A program made the translations under genes and the position numbers. From the NCBI GenBank assembly GCA_005888745.1, contig VBBS01000027.1, forward strand, positions 55,045-119,044: a stretch of DNA of 64,000 bases, given 5' to 3'. The DNA comes from Candidatus Bathyarchaeota archaeon (GTDB lineage Archaea; Thermoproteota; Bathyarchaeia; 40CM-2-53-6). This document shows, one piece after another, positions 18,364-28,553 of this stretch; position 1 is the stretch's first letter, and each line of letters begins with the position of its first letter. Under the pieces are notes generated by a model. That model did no database searches. It saw only the letters and a list, made by a program, of their open reading frames with translations, and was not told the DNA's origin.

Positions 18364-19419
18364 CTATCCGTGTTTCTTGTTCGGATACATTATGATCTTT
18401 CCCGAACGTCCAGACTTCATCAATGCAAATGCCTTGGAGAACTCTTCGAGATCGAATCGGTGAGTTATGAGCTTCGACAGGTCGACTTGGCCCGCTTTCA
18501 ATACCTCAGCTGTCTTGTACCATGTTCCGAAGAGCCGACGGCCAAAGACACCTCGAACGTGGGCGTCTTTGAAGACAATCCAGTTGGCTACGTCTAGCTC
18601 GACCTTTTTCGAAGGCAGACCGAAGAGGATGACGGTCCCTCCTGGGCGAAGAGCTTTGAATCCTTCTTCGAAAGAGGGTTGCGCTCCTGACATCTCAAAA
18701 AACACATCAACTCCGCGCCCGTCTGTCAAGCGCATGATCTCCTTCACAGGGTCCTGTTGAGACCCATCGATCAGGACGTCTCCACCCATATCCTTCGCCA
18801 GCTTCAACCGGTAGTCGACAATATCGATGCCGAAAATCTTAGTCGCGCCAAACGACTTGCAGAGCCCGATCAAGCAAGCACCGATTGGACCGCACCCAAA
18901 AACGGCGACACTATTCCCCGAGATCTCTGCAGCGGAGGCTGCATGAACAGCGTTACCCAACGGCTCTTGAGCTGACGCAACCTCTATCGGAATCTTCCGA
19001 TCGTTCAACCATGCATGCTGCTCGTTTAGAACATGATATTCCGCGAAACAACCGTCCGTGTCTACGCCTCTGAGAAGCATTCGCTCGCAGATGTGAGCGT
19101 TACCAGTCCGACACTGGAAGCACTTGCCGCAGAAGATGTGAGTCTCGCCGGAGACAATATCGCCCTCGCGGAGGTCCGAGACCTCCTTGCCAACTTCCAT
19201 GATTTTTCCGGCGAACTCGTGTCCCATGACCATTGGAGGCTTGACTTTGTCTCTGATGGATTCGTGCCAGTCGTAGATGTGCATGTCTGTTCCACAGATC
19301 GAAGTGGCCTCGATCCGGACGAGAATGTCTCGCAGACCGAGTTTGGGTGTCGGCCATGGTTCGAAGACTGCGCCGGGACCCGGCGACGCCTTCACAACAG
19401 CGTGCATCTTTTCTTTCAA
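18364..19419 (-). CDS. tdh: L-threonine 3-dehydrogenase (Zn-dependent MDR family)
   Basis: ATSICGTDMHIYDWHE catalytic-zinc motif, GxGxxG Rossmann motif, 351 aa. Confidence 0.85.
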   Translation of the reverse strand: MKEKMHAVVKASPGPGAVFEPWPTPKLGLRDILVRIEATSICGTDMHIYDWHESIRDKVKPPMVMGHEFAGKIMEVGKEVSDLREGDIVSGETHIFCGKCFQCRTGNAHICERMLLRGVDTDGCFAEYHVLNEQHAWLNDRKIPIEVASAQEPLGNAVHAASAAEISGNSVAVFGCGPIGACLIGLCKSFGATKIFGIDIVDYRLKLAKDMGGDVLIDGSQQDPVKEIMRLTDGRGVDVFFEMSGAQPSFEEGFKALRPGGTVILFGLPSKKVELDVANWIVFKDAHVRGVFGRRLFGTWYKTAEVLKAGQVDLSKLITHRFDLEEFSKAFALMKSGRSGKIIMYPNKKHG

Positions 19420-19504
19420 CAGATTTCCTCGAAACTGGATGTTAGCCGCACAAAGAGCGCTGTAAAACGTTTTAGATTAGGAACAAATTATCGATCTTGA
19501 GAGT

Positions 19505-20707
19505 ATGAGCCAAGAGTCCGGTTTGCAGAGAGCACCGCTTCTAGATGCATTGAGGGAAGAGCTTAGAGGACTGGATCAGCAGGATTTACTGTGGCGCATC
19601 AAGACCCTTCAAAGTCCATCTGCGCCGCACGCCAAAGTGGATGGCAAGAACGTCATTGTTCTCTGTTCGAACAACTATCTTGGACTGGCAAACCATCCCA
19701 AGCTCAAGAAAGCAGCTATCGCTGCAACTAGAAAGTACGGAGCGGGGAGCGGGTCGGTTCGAGTTATCGCCGGGACTATGGACTTACACGCTAAGCTGGA
19801 AAAGGAACTAGCGGCTTACAGAGGAACCGAGTCCTCGATTACCTTCCAATCTGGTTACGCAACGAATCTTGGGACGATCATGTCCTTGGTCGATGAACGT
19901 GATCTGATCATCAGCGATGAACTGAACCACGGCAGCATTATCGATGGCTGTCGCTTGACGAGAGCGGAGAGACGAGTCTACAAGCACAAAGACATGGGCG
20001 ATCTCGAGAAACAGCTCCAGGGAACAGAACGGTTTCGGAGGATTCTAGTCATAACTGACGGAGTCTTCAGCATGGACGGAGACATAGCACCACTGAAAGA
20101 CATTGTAAAGCTGGCGCAAGAACATAATGCGATGACCTATGTTGATGATGCTCACGGAGACGGTGTTCTCGGTAAGAACGGCCGTGGAATAACGAATCAC
20201 TTCCATCTTGAAGGGAAGGTGGACGTTGACATGGGAACCTTCTCGAAGGCCTTCGGATGCGTCGGAGGATACGTGGTCGGCTCGAAAGACCTCTGCGTAT
20301 ATCTCCAGAACAAGGTCCGAAGCTACCTACTCTCCGGGTCCCATCCACCAGCTGTCGCAGGCGCATGCATTGCAGCGCTTCAGCTCGTCCAGAAACAACC
20401 GTCCTTGGTCAAGAAGCTCTGGGACAACACCCACTACTTCAAGAAAGGCCTGAAAGACATAGGCTTCGATACCGGGAATAGCGAGACCCCTATTACTCCA
20501 GTAATAGTCGGAGAGGCCGGGAAGGCTCGCGAACTAGCAGACAATCTCTTCAAACTAGGAATATTCGTCCTTCCGATCGTCTTTCCGATGGTCGCTCGGG
20601 ACAAAGCTAGGGTCAGGACCATAGTGACAAGTGCTCACACGAGAAAAGATCTCTACACAGCATTGAGAGCCTTTGAGAAGGTTGGCAAACAACTAGCACT
20701 AATCTAA
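19505..20707 (+). CDS. kbl: 2-amino-3-ketobutyrate CoA ligase / glycine C-acetyltransferase (AONS family)
   Basis: PLP-dependent class-II aminotransferase fold; Lys motif TFSKAFG; adjacent and divergent to tdh. Confidence 0.85.
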   Translation: MSQESGLQRAPLLDALREELRGLDQQDLLWRIKTLQSPSAPHAKVDGKNVIVLCSNNYLGLANHPKLKKAAIAATRKYGAGSGSVRVIAGTMDLHAKLEKELAAYRGTESSITFQSGYATNLGTIMSLVDERDLIISDELNHGSIIDGCRLTRAERRVYKHKDMGDLEKQLQGTERFRRILVITDGVFSMDGDIAPLKDIVKLAQEHNAMTYVDDAHGDGVLGKNGRGITNHFHLEGKVDVDMGTFSKAFGCVGGYVVGSKDLCVYLQNKVRSYLLSGSHPPAVAGACIAALQLVQKQPSLVKKLWDNTHYFKKGLKDIGFDTGNSETPITPVIVGEAGKARELADNLFKLGIFVLPIVFPMVARDKARVRTIVTSAHTRKDLYTALRAFEKVGKQLALI

Positions 20708-20735
20708 CTACGACAATCCTTGCTCGGGATCAGAG

Positions 20736-21257
20736 TTGGCAACCCAGAAAAAGAAACGAGCGAAGAAGCCCCGAAGGCCGGCGTTCACTGTCCGTAAGGC
20801 CACCTTGAAGGATCTTCCGATCCTGGTTCACCAGCGCAGGGCGATGTGGCGTGATCTCGGGGCGAGAGAACAGAGAGAGTTGGATAGAGCCGACAAGATC
20901 TACGCGCGATGGGCAAGGTCGAGAATGAAGAGTGGGAGTCTGATGGGCTGGGTGGCGGAGAACGGAGGTAAGGTTCTCGGTGGAGGATGCGTGTGGCTGC
21001 AGCCTGTCCAACCGAGGCCAGGATACAATCTCATGATCCAGCCATACTTGCTGTCAATGTACACGGAGCCTCGCTCCAGAGGACTTGGCGTCGCCTCAGG
21101 TATTGTAGAGAAAGCGTTAGAGTGGTGCAGAAAGAACCAGTTTCTCCAGCTTCGCCTGCATGCTAGCGAGATGGGACGCAAGGTCTACCTCAAACACGGG
21201 TTCGAGCGGACATGGGAAATGAGGCGCAGAATCAAGAAGCTCAGAGAAGACAGCTAA
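20736..21257 (+). CDS. GNAT-family N-acetyltransferase
   Basis: Basic N-terminal tail then a GNAT core (RSRGLGVASGIVEKALEW). Confidence 0.65.
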   Translation: MATQKKKRAKKPRRPAFTVRKATLKDLPILVHQRRAMWRDLGAREQRELDRADKIYARWARSRMKSGSLMGWVAENGGKVLGGGCVWLQPVQPRPGYNLMIQPYLLSMYTEPRSRGLGVASGIVEKALEWCRKNQFLQLRLHASEMGRKVYLKHGFERTWEMRRRIKKLREDS

Positions 21258-21309
21258 CAGGTCAGCTTAGAAAGAAGCTTAGTTATCCAGATTTACCGCG
21301 ATTCGAATC

Positions 21310-21477
21310 TTGTCACGCCTGGTTCCGAGATGCTCCTGCGGTGGAGAGCTAGTAATCATAGGTGAGAATAGGAGTGCGGAAGGCTGGCGGACAGGCTTCA
21401 AGCTTCAATGCAAGAAATGCAACAAGCGATGGATCTACACTGGCGGAACCTACCACGCGGACCCAACCTCGGGCTGA
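21310..21477 (+). CDS. unannotated small zinc-ribbon ORF (55 aa, TTG start), possibly an InsA-like remnant
   Basis: Frame not in the ORF track (<60 aa): ...PRCSCGGELVIIGENRSAEGWRTGFKLQCKKCNKRWIY...; CxC...CxxC spacing resembles IS1 InsA-type zinc fingers. Confidence 0.3.
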   Translation: MSRLVPRCSCGGELVIIGENRSAEGWRTGFKLQCKKCNKRWIYTGGTYHADPTSG

Positions 21478-21486
21478 GAACGAAAT

Positions 21487-22425
21487 ATGTCCGTCCTCGC
21501 AATGGCAGAAGAGATCTCGAACCAGACGCAGGACCTTCCAAGGTTCGCTTCTCAACTTCGAAAAAAGCACCTGCCAAAGATCCAACCTTCCAGATTGATC
21601 TTCGCAGGGTCAGGCGATTCATACGCAGCAGCCGTCTTTGCCCAAGAACTCTCCCAGGGAGAGTCTACAGCCTCGGACCCTTACGAGCTGCTGACGAACA
21701 TTAGGCGAATCCGAGGAAAGAATCTCGTAATTATCTCGGTCAGCGGCCGAACGAAAACCAACATCGAGCTAGCCAGAAAGGCAAAAAGAATCTCAACAAA
21801 CACGTTAGCAATCACTGCCAACCTGGAGAGCCCACTAGCTGGAGAATGTGACGAGACCCTTCAACTACAATATCGAACTACCGGAACACCCACCTCTGGG
21901 ACAATCAGTTTTACGACTAGCTTGTTGGCTTGTGCGTTCCTTCTTAGGAATCTGCCAAGGACTGTCCAAGTGAAGACCGCTCCCATCGACACTGCCGGGT
22001 TGGCAACGAAATTGAACCAAGCTGGGAAAGGAGCATTTGTCTTTGCAGGATCGGGAGCAGACTACGCCCTCTCCCTCTACGGCGCAGCAAAAATCAACGA
22101 GGTATTGGGTGCAAAGGCAGAGGTCGTATACCCTGAACAGCTTGGGCACGCGAAACTGTTCACAATAGACAAGAAACGGGACTTTGTTGTGTGCATTTCA
22201 TCAGGACGAGACAAGGCCAGGGAGACGTATCAATTGCTCATCAAGGAAGGCTTCCAGGGCTCAATCATTGCCTTTCCAGATAGTCACGTGGTCAATCGAA
22301 GCTTGAAGATTGCAATCTACCTTCAACGACTCGCACTCTCTCTTGCCCGGATAAGGGGAATCGAAGAGTGCGCGTTCCTCTATGACAAGAGTAGGTTGAG
22401 TCTCAGCAACCGTATGATCTATTGA
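21487..22425 (+). CDS. SIS-domain sugar-phosphate isomerase/aminotransferase-like protein (two SIS domains)
   Basis: IFAGSGDSYAAAVFA and FVFAGSGADYALSLY SIS motifs. Confidence 0.7.
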   Translation: MSVLAMAEEISNQTQDLPRFASQLRKKHLPKIQPSRLIFAGSGDSYAAAVFAQELSQGESTASDPYELLTNIRRIRGKNLVIISVSGRTKTNIELARKAKRISTNTLAITANLESPLAGECDETLQLQYRTTGTPTSGTISFTTSLLACAFLLRNLPRTVQVKTAPIDTAGLATKLNQAGKGAFVFAGSGADYALSLYGAAKINEVLGAKAEVVYPEQLGHAKLFTIDKKRDFVVCISSGRDKARETYQLLIKEGFQGSIIAFPDSHVVNRSLKIAIYLQRLALSLARIRGIEECAFLYDKSRLSLSNRMIY

Positions 22426-22440
22426 ACGACCGGCGACTTC

Positions 22441-23088
22441 CTAGGGAACAGTTTGAAGATACTTGTATACGTCAAGAAGATCATCAGTATCCATGCTGTG
22501 GGACGCAGCGGCTTTCACTTTGGGGACCTTCGCGTTCAAAGCCACAGAATAACGCACAATCCTGAAGACAGGGACATCGTTCACCCAATCTCCCACGTGA
22601 GCACATCTTGATGGGGGTATGCCTGTCCATGCACAATATTTTCGCAAACCAAGTCGCTTGTCCGGCAGAGTTTCTATCTCGTCCGTGACGATTCCATCCT
22701 TGATGCCAACTTTAGATCCAACGTAGCCTTCGAACCCGAACCTTTCAATCAAGTACGCACAGAGAAAATCTGGATTATCAGTCAGGAGAACAACCCGAAT
22801 TCCATGACCTTGCAACTTCTCAACTGTTTCCCGGACATTCCTGATAACCTCGACCTTTGAGACCTCTCGAAGAACGTCTGCCAGCTTCATTCCCTGGAGG
22901 AGCTTGTATTCAGAAGCAAGGCATTCTCTAAGGGTGATTCTCTGATGATGATACCTTTGGTCGAGAGCGTCCCATTTCTCTCCAATTCCTAGAGATCGGG
23001 CCACTTGGGTGAGAGCTGCCTTTCGGAAGATGGTCCCGTCAACATCGAAGGAAACCATCGAGAGGGAAGAGAGCGGCAGGATCTTCAC
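22441..23088 (-). CDS. HAD-superfamily phosphatase (phosphoserine phosphatase-like)
   Basis: VSFDVDGTI motif I and HAD-IB topology. Confidence 0.7.
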   Translation of the reverse strand: MKILPLSSLSMVSFDVDGTIFRKAALTQVARSLGIGEKWDALDQRYHHQRITLRECLASEYKLLQGMKLADVLREVSKVEVIRNVRETVEKLQGHGIRVVLLTDNPDFLCAYLIERFGFEGYVGSKVGIKDGIVTDEIETLPDKRLGLRKYCAWTGIPPSRCAHVGDWVNDVPVFRIVRYSVALNAKVPKVKAAASHSMDTDDLLDVYKYLQTVP

Positions 23089-23100
23089 TCCTCTTTGAAG

Positions 23101-24288
23101 TCAAGTGTATTCGATTGTCTTGAACTCTTTCCGCAGTCTTGTCGCCGATCTGCGTACGCTGCTCGGTTCTTCGCCCTTGTAGATTCTAATGATCAGTTCT
23201 GCAATTCTCTCCATATCTCTCGCTTTCATTCCGCGTCGAGTAGACTCGTTTGTTCCGAGCCGGATTCCATGATCCACTATCATGTTTGCTTCTTCCAGCT
23301 TCTCGGAAAACCGGTTCACATTCTCTTCGCCGTTGATGTCGAGGAAAACCTGGTGCGACTCAGTAAATCCATAGTCTGGGCATCTGACAGGTAGACCTCC
23401 TTCGTGAAGCGCCTCGGCCAAGGCTTTCGCGTTCGCAATTACTTGAGGCGCATATTTCGTTCCTCTTCTCCGAACCTCGTCCAGCGCCCATGTTAGAGCT
23501 GCGATCCTGTTCCAGTGGGCGTTATCGACTAAGCCTGGGAACTGTTGGTCCTTGACCCGCGTTTTCAGTCGGGCCGTTCCGAGGATTATTCCTCCTTGAG
23601 GCCCGAAGAAGCTCTTGTGAGTAGAGCCTAGCATGAGGTCCGCTCCCTCCTTCAGGGGACGCTGGAACTCGCCGCCTCCGATCAGGCCCAAGACATGGGA
23701 AGCGTCGAAGGCAACTTGAGACTCAGCTGCTCGGCAGGTCTCGGACAATTCCTTGACGGGGTGAGGGAAGAGGAAATAGGACTGGCCAAAGACTACGAGA
23801 GATGGTTTTTCGTCCTCAATTAGCGTCTTGGCCTTTTCTACGTCAATATTCATTCGTTCAGAATCGTATGGGAAAAAGAGATTTTTCACATTGACGAACG
23901 GGGGATAGCCACGGTTCCCAAGTCCATCATACCCACCGTTCGAAGGATTGACGGTGAGGATCGAGCCTCCGGGCTTCGTCAGGGTGGATACCATTATCGT
24001 GTCGGCAATGTGCCCGGAGAGTGGTCGGAGGCTTGCCCAGTCAGATCCGAAGACCTCGCACGCTAGCTTCTCTCCCAGGCTCTCAAGCTCGTCGATGAAA
24101 CGTGTCCCCTTGTAGAACCCATCCCAAGCAGTATAACGATGGCCCATATCGCCAGAGAGAAGTTGGCGAACAGTGTGACTGGTTACGTTCTCAGATGGGA
24201 TGAGGTTGAGGCATTCTTCTGCACGCCAGCGTTGATGCTTGTCAACGATCTTTCTGATCTCGGACGCGTAGGACGTTGTGGTCGACAT
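23101..24288 (-). CDS. glyA: serine hydroxymethyltransferase
   Basis: LIPSENVTSHTV and PLP-Lys region; track start 24342 overlaps rps11 by 44 nt; the internal ATG at 24288 gives a typical SHMT N-terminus MSTTTSYASEIRK. Confidence 0.85.
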   Translation of the reverse strand: MSTTTSYASEIRKIVDKHQRWRAEECLNLIPSENVTSHTVRQLLSGDMGHRYTAWDGFYKGTRFIDELESLGEKLACEVFGSDWASLRPLSGHIADTIMVSTLTKPGGSILTVNPSNGGYDGLGNRGYPPFVNVKNLFFPYDSERMNIDVEKAKTLIEDEKPSLVVFGQSYFLFPHPVKELSETCRAAESQVAFDASHVLGLIGGGEFQRPLKEGADLMLGSTHKSFFGPQGGIILGTARLKTRVKDQQFPGLVDNAHWNRIAALTWALDEVRRRGTKYAPQVIANAKALAEALHEGGLPVRCPDYGFTESHQVFLDINGEENVNRFSEKLEEANMIVDHGIRLGTNESTRRGMKARDMERIAELIIRIYKGEEPSSVRRSATRLRKEFKTIEYT

Positions 24289-24298
24289 TAGTTGAGAA

Positions 24299-24706
24299 CT
24301 AGACTCTTCGACCGCGTCGACCGCCGGGTCTTCGGGTCCCATCGTGAGGGACTGGTGTCACGTCTTCTATTCGGCCGATTCTGAAACCGTGACGGGCAAG
24401 CATTCTGATGGCTGCTTGCGCCCCCGGACCAGGAGTCCTGGCACCGTGTCCACCCGGAGCTCGTACTCGAATGTGAAGGGAGGTAATTCCCTTGTCCTTT
24501 GCGGTCTTGGCGGCGGCCGCAGCGGCCTGCATCGCGGCGTATGGTGTCCCCTGGAGTCTGTCGGCTTTGACGTGTTGCCCGCCGGCGCTTCGAGATATTG
24601 TCTCGGCGCCTGTGAGGTCTGTTATGTGGACCATGGTGTTGTTGAAGGATGAGTAGATGTGGGCTATTCCCCATCTGTCCGCCGGTGCTTTCGTCTTCTC
24701 CGCCAT
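24299..24706 (-). CDS. rps11: 30S ribosomal protein S11
   Basis: [24 protein letters not shown]11 signature. Confidence 0.9.
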   Translation of the reverse strand: MAEKTKAPADRWGIAHIYSSFNNTMVHITDLTGAETISRSAGGQHVKADRLQGTPYAAMQAAAAAAKTAKDKGITSLHIRVRAPGGHGARTPGPGAQAAIRMLARHGFRIGRIEDVTPVPHDGTRRPGGRRGRRV

Positions 24707-24779
24707 GCAGAATTACCTGATAGATTGCGGCTTGACCCTCACGCGAATTTAAACTCTCCTTGGAGGATATCGTCCCAAG

Positions 24780-27119
24780 TTGAAACTAGACTTCTGGCTC
24801 CTAGACCTCAACCACGATGCCCATGAGGGCAAGTCTGCGATCTGGCTGTGGGGAGTCACACGTGACAACAAACGAGTCCTAGTTATCGACGCCAACTTTC
24901 AGACGTCCTTCTATCTCCTGCCTAAGAAAGGGCAGGACATCGACCAATTGAAAGAGAGGATAGAGAGAGAAAAACCACATCCCTCAGTTGAAAGAGCCGA
25001 TATCGAACAGAAGAAACGCCTCGGGGAAGATAGACAAGTTCTCAAGGTGTCTTGCAAAGATCCTGACAATTTGGAGAAGTGTGCGAGAGACTGCGTAAAG
25101 CAGCTCGGTGTGGAGGCGAGCTTTGAGGACAAGCTTCGTTATTCGATAAAATACCAGATCGAGTTCGAGATCAGACCCTGCCAATGGTACAAAGTCGAGG
25201 GAACAGAATCCTCTATTGATCCTCGAAAGTATCATGTTGACAGGGTCTTTGAGACCAGTGGGCATCCAACTTCCATCCCAAGGGAAAATGCTCCCAAACT
25301 TCGACTGCTCTCCTTTTCTATCCTATCTGTCAGTCCCACAGGTTCTCCGAGCCCAATCCGCGACCCCGTATGTCTTGTCGCATGGAAAAAAAAGGATGGC
25401 CAGGCAAATACCATCCAGTCAGAAAAAACCTCTGACAATGAACTAATCGAAGAATTCTCGCAGGCTCACCAGAAATTTGACCCCGATGTTGTCTTCTCGT
25501 TTGGCGGCAACACATTCGACTGGCCCTACCTGATCAAGCGAGCCGATAGGACCAAGGCAAAGCTTTCCGTTGGAAGGGACGATGGTCCAGCCCGCCAGAG
25601 CCTCTATGGCCACTTCTCCCTCACCGGACGAGCAAACGTGGATCTGCAGGACTTCTCAGGAGACCTCTATGATGTAAAGATCAAGACCGTGGAGAATGTC
25701 GCTAGGTTTCTCGGAGTCGAAGCATCTACTCCAACAATCGACGAGACAGAATACTACGATCACTGGATCGGCAAGGATCGCCCGGCATTAGTAGAACAGA
25801 TGAAAGCGCGCGCGATTTCAATATTCAATGTCGGAGACGACGCACTTGATTACACCCTACAACTCTCGAATCTCTCAGCGCTCCCACCCGACCAAGTTCT
25901 TGCAGCTGCGGTCGGGTTCAGGGTCGATAGTTACTTGTTGATGGAGGCGCGCAAGCTCGGCGAGCTGATCCCTGCCAGATCAGAACTGAACATCATCCCC
26001 TACAAGGGTGCAATTGTCCTAGAACCCAGTGTAGGACTTCACGACAATGTTGCAGTGCTCGACTTCTCCGCGATGTATCCTAGTCTCATGGTGAAGTACA
26101 ACATTTCCCCTGACACTCTCGTCGATGAGGGAGGCGATGATGCCCTTGAGGTTCCCGAGGTCGGGCATCATTTCCGGAAGAACCCTCCAGGATTCTACAA
26201 GATCGTTCTAAGTCAGCTCATCGCAAGTCGACAGGCGGCGAAGAAAGAGGCCGCTAAGACACCGCGCGGAACTCCCGAACACAAGATCCTGAAAGCACGT
26301 GAAAAGGCGACCAAGGTCATTACCAATGCCACCTACGGGTATGCGGGTTGGGCCGGGTCCAGATGGTACTCTCGTGAGGTCGCAGAATCAGCCGCCGCAC
26401 TCGGAAGAGACACAATCAACAAATCCATTGATATCGCCAAGAATCTCGGACTCCATGTTCTCTACGGAGACACAGACAGCCTCTTCGTCGAATACGAGGA
26501 AAAACTCGTCAACCAATTCATCAAAGAGATCGACAAGAATCTAGGTCTTGAAATCAACCTGGGACAATTGTACAAGCGAATCCTGTTCACCGAGGCCAAG
26601 AAGAAGTACGCTGGACTACTGGAAGATGGCGAGCTCGATATTGTCGGAATGGAAGCAATCAGAGGAGACTGGTCTAACCTCGCGAGAAGTATCCAGAACG
26701 AAGTTCTCAAACTTGTCCTTCAAGGTGGCAATCCAACTGAAGCAAAGTCATACGTGCAGAGCCTAGTCAAGGACCTGGAATCCTTCAAGGTTCCGAAGTC
26801 TTCGCTGGTGATATGGAAGACCCTTACCAAACGTCCTGATGAGTACGAGGTAAATGCTCCACATGTGGAGGTTGCTCGGAAGATGGCAAAGGAAGGCTGG
26901 CCCGTGACTGTGGGAGACAAGGTTGGTTTCATAGTCACAAAGAAACCCGGCAAGCTCTACCAAAAGGCAGAGCCGCACTTCAAGGTCTCCCTTGGGCAGG
27001 TGGATTACGACTATTATGTTCACAATCAGATTGTCCCGGCTGCGGCTAGAGTTCTAGAGGTCTTTGGGATACATGAGGAAGATCTTCTTGAACCGAGTCG
27101 CGGTCAAGTCAATTTGTAA
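24780..27119 (+). CDS. polB: family-B DNA polymerase
   Basis: Pol motifs DFSAMYPSLM (A), KVITNATYGY (B) and YGDTDS (C) are intact; exonuclease motif I reads LLSFSILSV instead of FDIE. Confidence 0.9.
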   Translation: MKLDFWLLDLNHDAHEGKSAIWLWGVTRDNKRVLVIDANFQTSFYLLPKKGQDIDQLKERIEREKPHPSVERADIEQKKRLGEDRQVLKVSCKDPDNLEKCARDCVKQLGVEASFEDKLRYSIKYQIEFEIRPCQWYKVEGTESSIDPRKYHVDRVFETSGHPTSIPRENAPKLRLLSFSILSVSPTGSPSPIRDPVCLVAWKKKDGQANTIQSEKTSDNELIEEFSQAHQKFDPDVVFSFGGNTFDWPYLIKRADRTKAKLSVGRDDGPARQSLYGHFSLTGRANVDLQDFSGDLYDVKIKTVENVARFLGVEASTPTIDETEYYDHWIGKDRPALVEQMKARAISIFNVGDDALDYTLQLSNLSALPPDQVLAAAVGFRVDSYLLMEARKLGELIPARSELNIIPYKGAIVLEPSVGLHDNVAVLDFSAMYPSLMVKYNISPDTLVDEGGDDALEVPEVGHHFRKNPPGFYKIVLSQLIASRQAAKKEAAKTPRGTPEHKILKAREKATKVITNATYGYAGWAGSRWYSREVAESAAALGRDTINKSIDIAKNLGLHVLYGDTDSLFVEYEEKLVNQFIKEIDKNLGLEINLGQLYKRILFTEAKKKYAGLLEDGELDIVGMEAIRGDWSNLARSIQNEVLKLVLQGGNPTEAKSYVQSLVKDLESFKVPKSSLVIWKTLTKRPDEYEVNAPHVEVARKMAKEGWPVTVGDKVGFIVTKKPGKLYQKAEPHFKVSLGQVDYDYYVHNQIVPAAARVLEVFGIHEEDLLEPSRGQVNL

Positions 27120-28386
27120 TCGTAGGGCCCGGACTGAACGAAGAGAGATCGCTCAGAGTCATCACGTTCACGTTGGGTGGCTTCTTGGCGCCGTCGGATA
27201 TCCTGTCGCCAATGACGAATCGGATGTTCTTTCCGGCGGCAATGTCCAACAATCTCTGAGTGACAACTCCATCGAAGAGGATCAAATGCGCGTTCTCTAC
27301 GCTTGGAATCTTCTCCGCAAGCTCGCTGACAGGCATTCGGGATAGCTCCTTTCCTGCTTCGTCGAATATCACTGCCTCCAGAGTTCCGCGCAGGTCTTTT
27401 GCTGCGTCGAACACCGTTGGCGAGAGACTGGGTCTTGGGATGGGCGGTGCTTCTACGCGAGGTTCAGATGGGCCGTATCCTCTTTCGTAGGGTCGCTCGT
27501 ATCGTTCCTGTCTCTCAGGTCTTTCCTGGCGGGCGAACTGAACTCTTTCTGGTCTCTCGATAGGTCGAGCTAGATTGATTGGGACCTTTTCTCTGAGGGC
27601 TTTCATTAGCTCCTTAGGAGTGAGCTCCTCTACCTCTTTGCCGAAGGGTGCACGTGCAACGTAGTCTATGTCTGCGACCTGTTGTAGTTCTTTGAGGATC
27701 AGGTCTCCTGCCCTGTCACCGTCCAGGAAGGCTGTGACTTCCTTGTCCTTGGTGAGTTTGATGATGGTATCAGGTACCTTGGTGCCGTTGAGCGCGATGA
27801 CGTTCTTTATCCCCACCTTCATGAGGAGAATGACGTCGGCTCTGCCTTCAACGACAATTAGTGAGCCGCTCTCGACCTCCGGACCCGCAGGGAGCTTCTC
27901 GGGACCGTACTCGATAAGATCGACACCCCTTAGGGAGGAAGCGACTTCTTTGACGACCTCTTCAGTGCTGGGAGATGATTCGACTACCCATTTGCGGAGA
28001 ATGTCCTTCGCCTTGGTTAGGATGGCGTTTCTTTTTTCTTCGCGGACATCCTCTACCTTCTCCAGTGTAATCTTGGCTTCGCAGGGGCCGATTCTGTCGA
28101 CGCTCTCGATCGCGGCGGCAATAATGGCTGTAGAGACCTTGTCTAGGCTTGAGGGTATTACGATTGATCCTGTTGTCTTGTCGCGTTTGGAGTCGAGGTT
28201 GATCTCGATTCGTCCTATTCTTCCTGATTTTTGTAGTTCTCTAAGGTCTAGATCGGGTCCGAAGAGTCCTTCTGTTTGTCCGAAGACCGCACCCACAACA
28301 TCAGGTTTCTCGACGACGCCTTGAACGTCGAAGTGTGCTTTTACTATGTATTTTGTAGTCGTAGCGTACTGAGACTGTTCAACCAT
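27109..28386 (-). CDS. dnaG: archaeal DnaG-type primase (Toprim)
   Basis: N-terminal KYIVKAHFDVQGVVEKPDVVGAVFGQTEGL and a Toprim core typical of archaeal DnaG. Confidence 0.85.
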   Translation of the reverse strand: MVEQSQYATTTKYIVKAHFDVQGVVEKPDVVGAVFGQTEGLFGPDLDLRELQKSGRIGRIEINLDSKRDKTTGSIVIPSSLDKVSTAIIAAAIESVDRIGPCEAKITLEKVEDVREEKRNAILTKAKDILRKWVVESSPSTEEVVKEVASSLRGVDLIEYGPEKLPAGPEVESGSLIVVEGRADVILLMKVGIKNVIALNGTKVPDTIIKLTKDKEVTAFLDGDRAGDLILKELQQVADIDYVARAPFGKEVEELTPKELMKALREKVPINLARPIERPERVQFARQERPERQERYERPYERGYGPSEPRVEAPPIPRPSLSPTVFDAAKDLRGTLEAVIFDEAGKELSRMPVSELAEKIPSVENAHLILFDGVVTQRLLDIAAGKNIRFVIGDRISDGAKKPPNVNVMTLSDLSSFSPGPTITN

Positions 28387-28553
28387 GAAAGTTTAACCTC
28401 CATAATTCAATACCTTCTTTCTGATACCTTCTCTTTTCGATTTGTAAGCGGTAAAGCTTGAGAGCGTAAAGGGTCCAGCCCTAGTATTAAAGCCCGTCTC
28501 CAATCCTCACGATTATCGGTATTGCTGGCTATTTCGAAAGCAATCATCACAAT

